A program made the translations under genes and the position numbers. The notes under the pieces are model-generated. The model ran no database searches and had not been told where the DNA came from. It saw nothing but the letters and a program-made list of their open reading frames with translations. From NCBI GenBank assembly GCA_963755025.1, contig CAVWIH010000008.1, positions 1 through 34,095 of the forward strand: DNA of 34,095 bases, given 5' to 3'. The DNA comes from an uncultured Actinomycetes bacterium. Its GTDB lineage: Bacteria > Actinomycetota > Thermoleophilia > UBA2241. Of the stretch, positions 16,678-24,482 are shown one piece after another; position 1 is the stretch's first letter; each line of letters starts with the position of its first letter.

Positions 16678-17745
16678 ATGCTCATGAACGTGCCACAGAA
16701 AGTCCGGCGCCGCTTGGCGCCTGCGGTACTCGGTGGAGCCCTCGTCGCCATCTTCCTGGCGGCGTGGGTCGGCTCTGCCGGCGCCGCGCCACGGTTTGCC
16801 TTCAACGCAACGGGCAACGTGCTCGTCGCCGACCAGTTCAACAACCGCGTGATCGAGCTGTCGCGGGCCGGCAACATCGTCTGGCACTTCGGCACGGGCT
16901 CGTTCATGGCGGGGCCGCATACGGTCGTCGCCCCCAACGACGCGCAACGCGTGCCCGGCGGCCGCACGCTGATCGCCGGCACCGGAGCACCGGCCGGAGC
17001 GCCCGGTTACCCGGCGGGCGGCGCCATCGACAGCAGGGTGTTGCTCGTCAACCACGCCGGCAAGATCGTCTGGCAGTACGGCAAGGCGGGCGTGAACGGC
17101 ACGGGCTTCAACCGGCTGAACACGCCGGTCCAGGCGACCTGGCTGCCCAACCACGACGTGCTCATCACAGATCAGGGCAACGACCGCGTGATCATGGTCA
17201 CGCCCGCGCATAAGATCGTCTGGCAGTACGGCCAGACCGGCGTCGCCGGCAGCGGGGCCGACCAGCTCAACACGCCGAACAGCGCGGAGCTGTTGGCCAA
17301 CGGCCACGTCCTCATCGCCGACGAGGGCGGTAACCGCGTGATCGAGGTCACGAAGGCCAAGAACATCGTCTGGAGCGACACGACGGGGCTCAATGCGCCC
17401 GCCTTCGCGAGCCGGCTGCCCAACGGCCACACCCTGATCACCGACGGCGGCAACAACCGCGTGATCGAGGTCGACCACGCCGGCACGGTGGTCTGGTCCT
17501 ACACGACGAACACGCAGCCGGGCAGCAACGCCAACCCGGCCCCTTCGCAGGCGGTCCGCCTGCGCAACGGCGACACCCTGATCGCCGACCAGTTCAACGA
17601 CCGCGTCATCCAGGTCACCAGGGCCAAGAACATCCGCTGGAGCTACGGCATGCTCAACGTGCCCGGCAAGGCGGCCGGCCTGCTGAACGCACCCTACTCG
17701 GCCAAGGCCATAGGCGACTTCACGGGGCTGACCCCGCCCAGGTGA
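16678..17745 (+). CDS. Secreted NHL-repeat beta-propeller protein
   Basis: AGGAGG RBS and signal peptide (AGA). About 6 repeats of G.xLI.D..N.RVI.V...G.IVW.YG. Confidence 0.85.
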   Translation: MLMNVPQKVRRRLAPAVLGGALVAIFLAAWVGSAGAAPRFAFNATGNVLVADQFNNRVIELSRAGNIVWHFGTGSFMAGPHTVVAPNDAQRVPGGRTLIAGTGAPAGAPGYPAGGAIDSRVLLVNHAGKIVWQYGKAGVNGTGFNRLNTPVQATWLPNHDVLITDQGNDRVIMVTPAHKIVWQYGQTGVAGSGADQLNTPNSAELLANGHVLIADEGGNRVIEVTKAKNIVWSDTTGLNAPAFASRLPNGHTLITDGGNNRVIEVDHAGTVVWSYTTNTQPGSNANPAPSQAVRLRNGDTLIADQFNDRVIQVTRAKNIRWSYGMLNVPGKAAGLLNAPYSAKAIGDFTGLTPPR

Positions 17746-17766
17746 GGTAGCCGACCAACGCCCGAT

Positions 17767-17807
17767 CGGCGGCGGGCGGCGCGGCTTCGCCGCGCCGCCC
17801 GCCGCCG
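17767..17807. terminator. Perfect 19-bp GC inverted repeat (3-nt loop TTC), probable terminator
   Basis: CGGCGGCGGGCGGCGCGGC-TTC-GCCGCGCCGCCCGCCGCCG starts 21 nt after the NHL stop. Confidence 0.7.
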
Positions 17808-17877
17808 CCGCCAGTCCCGACGAACGGCCGCTCGCCGGAGCCTGCTGACAACACCGATATGCGGGTACTTTGCGACC

Positions 17878-19005
17878 ATGGAAGCTTCTCGCGATGTAGC
17901 GACGGGCGGTCGCGCCGCGGCTCGGTCCGACGAGGTGGAGCGCCTCGTCGCGACGGGGCGCGAGCAGGAGTACCTTGAGGCCTCCCAAGTCGCCGCCGTG
18001 GTCGCCGAGGCCCAGCTCGACCCCGACGGCATCGACGACCTGCTCATGCTGCTCTCAGACCTCGGTATCGACATCGTCGAAGACTCGGAGGCGGCGCCGC
18101 TCACCGCGGACGCGGCGCCCTTGACCGCCGATGGCCCCGAGGGCGACGCCGGCGACCTCGACCTCAAAGTGGGCGGCTCGTCGATCGACCCCCTGCGCAC
18201 CTACTTCTCGCAGATGACGCGTACGCCCCTGCTGACGGCGGCGCAGGAGGTCGCCCTGGCCAAGCGCATCGAGGCTCACGACATGGCGGCCAAGCGCGCC
18301 ATGATCGAGGGCAACCTGCGCCTCGTGGTCAACATCGCCAAGCGCTACGACGGCTGTGGCCTGCCGCTGCTCGACCTCATCCAGGAGGGCAACGTGGGCC
18401 TCATCCGCGCCGTCGAGAAGTTCGACTACCGCCGCGGCTTCAAGTTCTCGACGCTGGCCTACTGGTGGATCCGCCAGTCGATGACCCGCGCCCTGTCAGA
18501 CCAGGGCCGCACCATCCGCCTTCCGGTGCACGTGATCGAGGCCCAGAGCAAGCTGGTCGCGGCGCGGCGCCTGCTCGAGCAGCGCGTGGGGCGCGAGGCC
18601 ACCCCCGAGGAGATCGCCGCCGAGATGGGCCTCGACGTGGAGCGGGTGCACGAGCTGATCAACGCGAGCCGAGTGCCCCTGAGTCTCGAGACGCCCAGCG
18701 GCGAAGGCGACGACTCGTCGCTGTCCGAGCTCGTCGAGGACCAAGCGGCAGTGGAGCCCCTCGCCGCCGCCGTCGAGGGCGAACGGCGCTACCTGGTCGA
18801 CCATCTGCTCGCCTCGCTCACGCAGCGCGAGCGCCGCATCATCGAGCTCAGGTTCGGGCTCAGCGACGGCGAGCCGCGCACCCTGTCGCAGATCGGCGAC
18901 GAGCTCAGTCTGTCGCGCGAGCGCGTGCGGCAGATCGAGGCCAAGACGCTTGCCAAGCTGCGCAGCTTTCGTGACGCGCAAAAGCTCTGCGCCGTGGCCG
19001 AGTAG
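17878..19005 (+). CDS. RpoD/SigA-like sigma-70 factor (group 1/2 architecture, regions 1.1-1.2-2-3-4), probably non-primary
   Basis: Region 1.1 (GREQEYL...DLGIDIVE), [73 protein letters not shown] and [10 protein letters not shown]. No RBS; TACTTT 6 nt upstream suggests a leaderless mRNA. Confidence 0.92.
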   Translation: MEASRDVATGGRAAARSDEVERLVATGREQEYLEASQVAAVVAEAQLDPDGIDDLLMLLSDLGIDIVEDSEAAPLTADAAPLTADGPEGDAGDLDLKVGGSSIDPLRTYFSQMTRTPLLTAAQEVALAKRIEAHDMAAKRAMIEGNLRLVVNIAKRYDGCGLPLLDLIQEGNVGLIRAVEKFDYRRGFKFSTLAYWWIRQSMTRALSDQGRTIRLPVHVIEAQSKLVAARRLLEQRVGREATPEEIAAEMGLDVERVHELINASRVPLSLETPSGEGDDSSLSELVEDQAAVEPLAAAVEGERRYLVDHLLASLTQRERRIIELRFGLSDGEPRTLSQIGDELSLSRERVRQIEAKTLAKLRSFRDAQKLCAVAE

Positions 19006-19116
19006 CTTCCGCGACGTCGGCCGTGCGGATGGAGCCGAAAAACGGCGAGGAACAGCCCCGAGATGCCGAGAACTGCAAGTACAGAAGTCGAACGTCGGCG
19101 CAGAAAGTAGGCGGCC

Positions 19117-19539
19117 GTGAAATCAGAATCGCGAAGGGTCGATGTCCATGACCTCGCCGGGCTTGCCGCAGCGCGCCACGAACTCGAGTTCTATCTCCTC
19201 GACCATGCGCTGGCCGCCGGGCTGACCTACGACCTGCTCACCTGCGTGCAGGAAGCGTCGAAGAACGCCCTGCGCTTTGCCGCCACGCCCTGCGGAGTGC
19301 GCGTCTCGGTCAGCGTTGGTGCAGACGAGATCCTCGTGACCGTGCGCGACTACGGCTCCGGTCTCGATCTCGAGCGCCTCACCGACCTGCCGCCCGATCC
19401 ACTGAGCGAGTCCGGCCGCGGCCTCTTTTTGCTGCGGGCTCTGATGGACGAGGTCGAATTCCACGTCGAAGACGGCACTGAGGTGCGGCTGCGCAAGCGG
19501 CTGGTCGCTGAGTCTGCATCACGGATCGAGGCCGCCTGA
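19117..19539 (+). CDS. RsbW/SpoIIAB-like anti-sigma factor ATPase (HATPase_c_2)
   Basis: CVQEASKNALRF (N-box), VRDYGSG (G1), ESGRGLFLLRALMDEV (G2) and GTEVRLRK. Confidence 0.85.
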   Translation: MKSESRRVDVHDLAGLAAARHELEFYLLDHALAAGLTYDLLTCVQEASKNALRFAATPCGVRVSVSVGADEILVTVRDYGSGLDLERLTDLPPDPLSESGRGLFLLRALMDEVEFHVEDGTEVRLRKRLVAESASRIEAA

Positions 19540-19561
19540 GAGGCGTCGCCGCGCGGTGTCG

Positions 19562-19870
19562 CTACTTCGTGGGTCGCCCACACCGGCCGCGCCGCTCCGC
19601 CGCCGAGCCGGACTGCTGATGGTGAGGTGCGCAGAAGCGACAGGTGCACGTGGCGAGGTGACGCCAGCCGTCGTCGAGCAGGTGCTCCGTGCCGCGCAGA
19701 CTGCTCGGCCGCACGATCATGGGAGCGTCTTCGGGGGCGGCCGACTCGAAGTTCGAGCCGACCGGCAGTACGACGCGCAGCAAGGTGTCGTCGGTAAAGA
19801 TGAAGTGAAGCTCGTGCCAGGCGAACACCCTGGCCCTCTTGACTTGCTCGAAGGTCAGGCCTTCAGCCAT
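19562..19870 (-). CDS. Hypothetical protein, 102 aa, with C-terminal W-x-H-x3-C-x-C-x2-C motif
   Basis: ATG 19870 follows GGGGTGG. It has its own sigma70-type promoter and contains GWRHLATCTCRFC. Confidence 0.6.
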   Translation of the reverse strand: MAEGLTFEQVKRARVFAWHELHFIFTDDTLLRVVLPVGSNFESAAPEDAPMIVRPSSLRGTEHLLDDGWRHLATCTCRFCAPHHQQSGSAAERRGRCGRPTK

Positions 19871-19901
19871 ACAACCACCCCGGTCGCCGCAGAACGGCAC
19901 G

Positions 19902-19930
19902 AGCCTAGTTGCTCGGCGATTTCCCTGCAA
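19902..19930 (-). promoter_or_regulatory. sigma70-type promoter TTGCAG-N17-TAGGCT
   Basis: -35 at 19925-19930 and -10 at 19902-19907 with a 17-nt spacer, ~30 nt upstream of ATG 19870. Confidence 0.62.
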
Positions 19931-19965
19931 GCGAAGAAGATGACCGGAGCCGTTCCGCGAGCCGA

Positions 19966-20384
19966 CTATGAATGCGCCGGAAAGAGCTCCTTGACCATCA
20001 CCAGATGCGTGCCGCTGCTGTGGCCGAACCGCACCGAGCTCATCAGCGACCAGATCATGAAGAGCCCGCGGCCCTCTTCGGCGGTCAGGCTGGGTGGCTT
20101 CGGGGGATCGAGACGCCGGGGCCGATACCGCAGCCCTGGTCTGCGACCTCGACCACCACGCTCCTGGCGGTCGCCTTGACGCGCACCGCGATGTCATCGC
20201 TGGCGCCGCTGTGCTGGAGCGCGTTGGCGACGGCTTCGTGCAACGCGATCAGGACGTCCTCGAGCATGCCGGCGGCCACTCCTGCGGCGGCCAGATAGGC
20301 CCACGTGCGCCAGCGCAGATCGGCGAGGCTGCGCACGTTCATCGGCACGGCCATGCACAACTCGTTGTCGATGGTGGCTTGCAT
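19966..20384 (-). CDS. RsbW-like anti-sigma factor ATPase (HATPase_c_2); one base missing in the G5 run at 20102-20106
   Basis: GGAGAGG RBS, ALHEAVANALQH and VADQGCG. Adding one base restores PSLTAEEGRGLFMIWSLMSSV...GTHLVMVKEL..HS* with the stop at 19966-19968. Confidence 0.8.
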
Positions 20385-20419
20385 CCGTCACCTCTCCCCT
20401 GGCTCCGTCTCGTTGACTT

Positions 20420-20645
20420 TGGCGCGCGGCTTGGGCCGCAGCTAACCGCTCGAGGCGAACGGAGCAGCCCGAACGGAGCGCCGCAGACGGTAAGGTCCCA
20501 CAACCCGACAGTGATGGTACTCCGTCCGCTGGGTCGACGACCGTTTGTAATCGCAAAGGGTCGACGGTCGGAATCCTCACGAAAGACCGTCGGGCGGGAC
20601 ACCGCACCCGAAGGTGTGAGCAGAGGTACTGCCGAGCTTGGCGGT
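20420..20645. ncRNA. Candidate structured non-coding RNA (unclassified; possibly IS110 bridge-RNA-like or cis-regulatory)
   Basis: Non-coding gap with at least 6 stems: 20426-30/20435-39, 20495-501/20594-600, 20504-09/20589-94, 20538-48/20553-63, 20562-69/20585-92 and 20605-08/20613-16 (cUUCGg loop on the minus strand), plus a hairpin at 20629-44. Confidence 0.45.
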
Positions 20646-20647
20646 GG

Positions 20648-21406
20648 TTACGACGCGTGCAGTGAGAGCACCGCTCCCTGGTAGACCCCGAGCGCATCGA
20701 CGATCGCCGTGAGCCGGGCCGCGCTCGTTCCGAGGGTGAACTCCACCGGCGCCAATGCGGCTCGCAGCGTTGCCAGCGCGTCGTCGAGAGACTCTCCGAA
20801 CAGCGCGCCGCAGGGGCGGCCTTCGAGTGCGCCGTCCGCAGGGCTCACGCTGGCGCGCGCCGCAGCGCTCGCGTACTCCACGACCCCGTGGCGGTCCAGC
20901 AGGCACACGGGTGCGTCGACCGCCGCCAGAACGGCCTTGAGCTTGCCGAGCGCGGCAGCCGCGGCAGCTTCGGCGGCGCGTGCGCGCAGGGCGGCCCGCA
21001 CAGAGGCGAGCAGGACTTGGCTCTCCACGGGTTCGGTCAGGTAGCCGTCGGCCCCGGTGTCCAGGCCCTCGACCACGGTGCCGCTGTCGCGGTAGGTGGC
21101 GGAGAGGAAGATCACGGGAATAGCGGCCGTCGCCGGGTCTGCCTTGAGCCGTTTGCAGACTTCGAAGCCGTTCATGTCGGGCATCTTCACGTCGAGCAGC
21201 ACGAGGTCGGGCCGTTCCGCGGCGAGCTCCAGGGCCGCCGCGCCGTTGGCCGCCTCGAGCACCGTGAAGCCGCCCTTGAGCAGCATGCGGGTGGTCGCGT
21301 AACGACCCGCCTCGCTGTCGTTGACGTTGAGGATGAGAGGCCCGGCGGGAGTTTGCTGAGACGATGCGCCGACCGCGGGCGAGTCGGCATGGTCGGGGCT
21401 TGTCAT
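20648..21406 (-). CDS. Response regulator (REC plus degenerate PAS-like C-terminus, no DNA-binding domain)
   Basis: ILNVNDSE, PDLVLLDVKMPDMNGFEVC, PVIFLSA and GADGYLTEP. Start overlaps the kinase stop (ATGA). Confidence 0.88.
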   Translation of the reverse strand: MTSPDHADSPAVGASSQQTPAGPLILNVNDSEAGRYATTRMLLKGGFTVLEAANGAAALELAAERPDLVLLDVKMPDMNGFEVCKRLKADPATAAIPVIFLSATYRDSGTVVEGLDTGADGYLTEPVESQVLLASVRAALRARAAEAAAAAALGKLKAVLAAVDAPVCLLDRHGVVEYASAAARASVSPADGALEGRPCGALFGESLDDALATLRAALAPVEFTLGTSAARLTAIVDALGVYQGAVLSLHAS

Positions 21407-22713
21407 GTCTGCTCTCCAGTCTGCGCGTCTTCGCCCTGCGCATCGGGGCCGGGTCCGGTCACCGGGGTCTCGACGCTAAAGACAGACCCCCCGCCGAGTG
21501 TACTTTGCAACGATATCGAACCACCGAGCAGCTCGGCCAGGCGCCTCGCGAGGGGCAGGCCGAGGCCAGTGCCTTTCACCTCGGGTTCGCCGGCGCTCTC
21601 GACCCGCGCGAAGTCGTCGAAGATGTGGCGCTGGTCGGCGGGCGCGATGCCGATGCCGGTGTCGGCCACGGTGAACACCACTCTGCCGCCATCCGCCGAA
21701 AGACGCGCCGACACCCTGACCTCGCCGCGCCGCGTGAACTTGAGCGCGTTGGAGATGAGGTTGCGCAGGATCTGGGCGAGCTTCGCCCTGTCGCTCGTCA
21801 CCTCGGGCAGACCGACCGGGTCGTCGAACACCAGGGCGACCTCGTCGCTGCCGACCAGCGGGCGCATGAGGCCGCGCAAGCTGCGAAACAGCGCCGGTAC
21901 GTCGACCGCGGCGAGTCGCACGGCGGTCGCTCCGGCTTGGGCCTTGGTCAGGTCGAGCAGGTCGTCGACGAGCTGGTTCATGTCGGCCGCCGAGCTGCGC
22001 ATGAGGGTGATCTGCTTTTCCTGTTCGGGGGTCAGCTCGCCGTCGTAGCGCGCCAACAGGATCTCGCTGAGCGCCAGCAGCGAGGAGAGCGGCGTGCGGA
22101 ACTCATGCGTGAGGTGCGCCATGAACCGCCGCTGGGTCTCGCGCAGTTGCTGCTCGAGCTGGGCGCGGTCTTCGAGCTCTTCGTAGAGCGCCATGACGCC
22201 GTGGTTCGTGTCGTCCAACTCCGCCTGCAGCAGGTCGATCTGCTGTTCTTTCCAGCGCGAATCTTCGATGAGGAACAGCAGGTCGTCGACGGGCGATTGC
22301 TCGGCAGAGATCGGCGGGGCCGCCCGGACCGCCCCCGCGACGGCGCGGTCGGCGGGCAACCGCTTCAAGAAACAGACCGCGCCGTGGCGCACGACGCCCT
22401 CGAGTCCGAGCACGACTGAGAGCCCCGACACGACCTCGGGCCCCAACAGGTCGAGCGCCGACAGGCTCTCGTGCCCGCTCGCCGGCTCGACCGTCAGGCA
22501 GAGGGTCTCGCCATGGGGCGCGCCTTCGAGCGCCAGGCGCAGCGTGCCGCCCTCGCTGCACTCGAGCAGGCGGTAGGCGATGACCCTGACCGCTCCCGCC
22601 AGGCCGACCGCCTCGCGGGCGGACAGCCCCACGGCGGCAGCCAGGCTGCGCGCCTGGGTCGCGGCCTGGTCGAGGTCGGACAGGGAGGAGATGCGCAGAT
22701 CAGTCGACTTCAC
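21403..22713 (-). CDS. Sensor histidine kinase of stressosome type (RsbT-like N-terminal remnant, coiled coil, HisKA, HATPase)
   Basis: ELDDTNHGVMALYEEL coiled coil, HLTHEFRTPL H-box, NLISNALKFT, DTGIGI and GTGLGL. GTG 22713 has a GAGAGG RBS; 22764 is an alternative start. Confidence 0.9.
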   Translation of the reverse strand: MKSTDLRISSLSDLDQAATQARSLAAAVGLSAREAVGLAGAVRVIAYRLLECSEGGTLRLALEGAPHGETLCLTVEPASGHESLSALDLLGPEVVSGLSVVLGLEGVVRHGAVCFLKRLPADRAVAGAVRAAPPISAEQSPVDDLLFLIEDSRWKEQQIDLLQAELDDTNHGVMALYEELEDRAQLEQQLRETQRRFMAHLTHEFRTPLSSLLALSEILLARYDGELTPEQEKQITLMRSSAADMNQLVDDLLDLTKAQAGATAVRLAAVDVPALFRSLRGLMRPLVGSDEVALVFDDPVGLPEVTSDRAKLAQILRNLISNALKFTRRGEVRVSARLSADGGRVVFTVADTGIGIAPADQRHIFDDFARVESAGEPEVKGTGLGLPLARRLAELLGGSISLQSTLGGGSVFSVETPVTGPGPDAQGEDAQTGEQT

Positions 22714-23716
22714 TGCGCCTCTGTCTGACGACCGCCACGGTAGCGTCGTCGCGGGCTCGGCCATGGTCGCGGTACAGGAGACCTGCGATCAATGCCGGGT
22801 CGCGGGCGAGCGCTCCCGGATAGCGCTCGAGGTCCCAGCGCTCCGACAGCCCGTCGCTGTGCATGACGAGCAGGGCGGGCGCCGCCGGCCACTCGTAGGT
22901 GAACTGGTGGACCCGGCGTACAGCGCCCCCCACGATGCCGTTGTGCGAGACGAGGTTGTGGCGGCCGGCGCTCGACACGATCGCCGCTCCGATGTTGCCT
23001 ATGCCGGCGAAAGCCACCTGGCGTTGCGCCGTGTCGATGCGCGCCGCGGCGACGGCCGCGCCGCGCGTCTTTTGCAAGGCGTCGTGCAGCGCGACGATGA
23101 TGGCTTCGGGCGAGGCGCCCGCAGTCTGGACGAACGCCCTGCGGCCCGCCGTTGCGGCGTCGGCGGCCTCGGGCCCGTGGCCCAGGCCGTCGATCACGAC
23201 GATCACCAGGGCGTCGGGCTCAAAGCGCAGTGCCCAGGCGTCGCCGCTGACCGTCTCGCCGGGGTAGGGCACCGCCACCGCACCGACGTCGAGGTCGCGT
23301 CGTCGGTCGACCGGCGCTCCGCCCGGCCAGAACCGCGCCAGCAAGCCGGTGCCGCGCTGCCGTGCCGACGCGATGTCGACGGCATCGGCGGCGCGGTAGA
23401 TGGCGCCAAGGCCGGTACCCGGGCCTCCGGCGGTCGAGTGCCCGTCGCGCAGGCTCGCGGCGATGTCGGCGATGCCGCCGCCCAGGTCGAGGGTGAGAAT
23501 GTCGAGCCTGCCTGCGTCCCAGCCCGCCGGCGAAAGTACGACGCGGCCGCCCGTGTCGGTGTGTTTGAGGATGTTGCGGGCGGCTTCGGTCACCACCAGG
23601 GCGATGCGGCTCAGTTCGTCCGGCGAGAAGCCCATCTGCTGGGCCAGCCGGCCGGCTTCGCGACGCGCGTGGGCCACGTCGGTCGACTCCTTGATGTCGA
23701 TGACGTGACCGATCAC
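22700..23716 (-). CDS. rsbX: RsbX-type PP2C/SpoIIE phosphatase with N-terminal HATPase domain
   Basis: VTEAARNILKH, DGHSTAGGPGTGLGAI, SGDAW, VIDGLGHG, TRGAA, GIGNI, MHSDGL and DDATV. Confidence 0.85.
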   Translation of the reverse strand: MIGHVIDIKESTDVAHARREAGRLAQQMGFSPDELSRIALVVTEAARNILKHTDTGGRVVLSPAGWDAGRLDILTLDLGGGIADIAASLRDGHSTAGGPGTGLGAIYRAADAVDIASARQRGTGLLARFWPGGAPVDRRRDLDVGAVAVPYPGETVSGDAWALRFEPDALVIVVIDGLGHGPEAADAATAGRRAFVQTAGASPEAIIVALHDALQKTRGAAVAAARIDTAQRQVAFAGIGNIGAAIVSSAGRHNLVSHNGIVGGAVRRVHQFTYEWPAAPALLVMHSDGLSERWDLERYPGALARDPALIAGLLYRDHGRARDDATVAVVRQRRSEVD

Positions 23717-24117
23717 AGCCAGCGCGTGATGGCTATGGTGGTGCCCTCACCAACGTGAGAGTCGATGCGAAACTCGTCCATGAGGCGCTTGGCGCCACCC
23801 AGTCCCAGGCCCAGGCCCTGACCCGTGCCGTAATGGTCGCTCAATGCCAGTGGGATGTCGGCGATGCCCGGCCCTGAGTCGACGAAGGTGATGCGCAGGC
23901 CGGTCCGCGTGGCCTCGCGGACGATCTCGCCGGTCGCGGTGCCGCCGCCGCCGTAGACCACCGCGTTGCGCCCCAGTTCGCTCACAGCCGTGACGATCTT
24001 GGTCTGGTCGACCAGGCCGAAGCCCAGCTCGACGGCCCAGCGCCGGGCGGCCTGACGCACGCGCATGACGTCTTCTTGCCCCTTGAGTCGCAGGCGCTCG
24101 AGCTCTTCAGTGGGCAT
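23713..24117 (-). CDS. rsbT: Stressosome serine/threonine kinase RsbT
   Basis: DQTKIVTAVSELGRNAVVYGGGG, DSGPGIADI and GLGLGLGGAKRLMDEF. Confidence 0.93.
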   Translation of the reverse strand: MPTEELERLRLKGQEDVMRVRQAARRWAVELGFGLVDQTKIVTAVSELGRNAVVYGGGGTATGEIVREATRTGLRITFVDSGPGIADIPLALSDHYGTGQGLGLGLGGAKRLMDEFRIDSHVGEGTTIAITRWL

Positions 24118-24475
24118 CGGCGCCGCCGCTCTCGCTGAGCTTGGCCATGCCGTGCTCCACGGTCAGCGCCGTGTGCACGCCCGTGAGCGAAAGGCCGAGC
24201 TCGACGATCGTCATGGCGACGGCCGGACGCATGCCGACGACCACCGTCTCGGCGCCGAGCAGCTTGGCGCCCTCGGCGATGTTGGCCAGCATGCGACCGG
24301 TGAAGGAGTCGACAACGCCAAGGCCGGAGATGTCGATCAGCACGCCGCGAGCGCTCGCTTTGACGATGGCCTCGAGCAGGTCGGTCTCGAGGTTGATGGC
24401 CTGCCGGTCTTCGATCTCCTCGTAGACCGAGACCAGCAGGAAGGCGCCCATCCGTATGACGGGAATGCGCTCCAT
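24107..24475 (-). CDS. rsbS: Stressosome scaffold STAS protein RsbS, 122 aa
   Basis: MERIPVIRMG, GVLIDIS, VVDSF (phospho-Ser) and VVVGMRPAVAMTIVELGLSL. Confidence 0.93.
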   Translation of the reverse strand: MERIPVIRMGAFLLVSVYEEIEDRQAINLETDLLEAIVKASARGVLIDISGLGVVDSFTGRMLANIAEGAKLLGAETVVVGMRPAVAMTIVELGLSLTGVHTALTVEHGMAKLSESGGADAH

Positions 24476-24482
24476 GCGACCC

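Noticed and set aside
18091-18132. AAPLTAD x2 duplication in the sigma factor
   Set aside because: A short in-frame duplication in the variable 1.1-1.2 linker, unlikely to be functionally informative.
17878-19005. Calling this gene the primary rpoD/sigA
   Set aside because: Divergent regions 2.3 and 4.2, no dnaG context and an accessory neighbourhood argue for a paralog, so the symbol is withheld.
20420-20645. c-di-AMP riboswitch, group II intron, RNase P, SRP or tmRNA
   Set aside because: Fragments such as CAGCTAAC, CCCGAAC and GAATCC occur but in the wrong order for ydaO. No intron domain V or RT ORF is seen, and the hallmark motifs of the housekeeping RNAs are absent.
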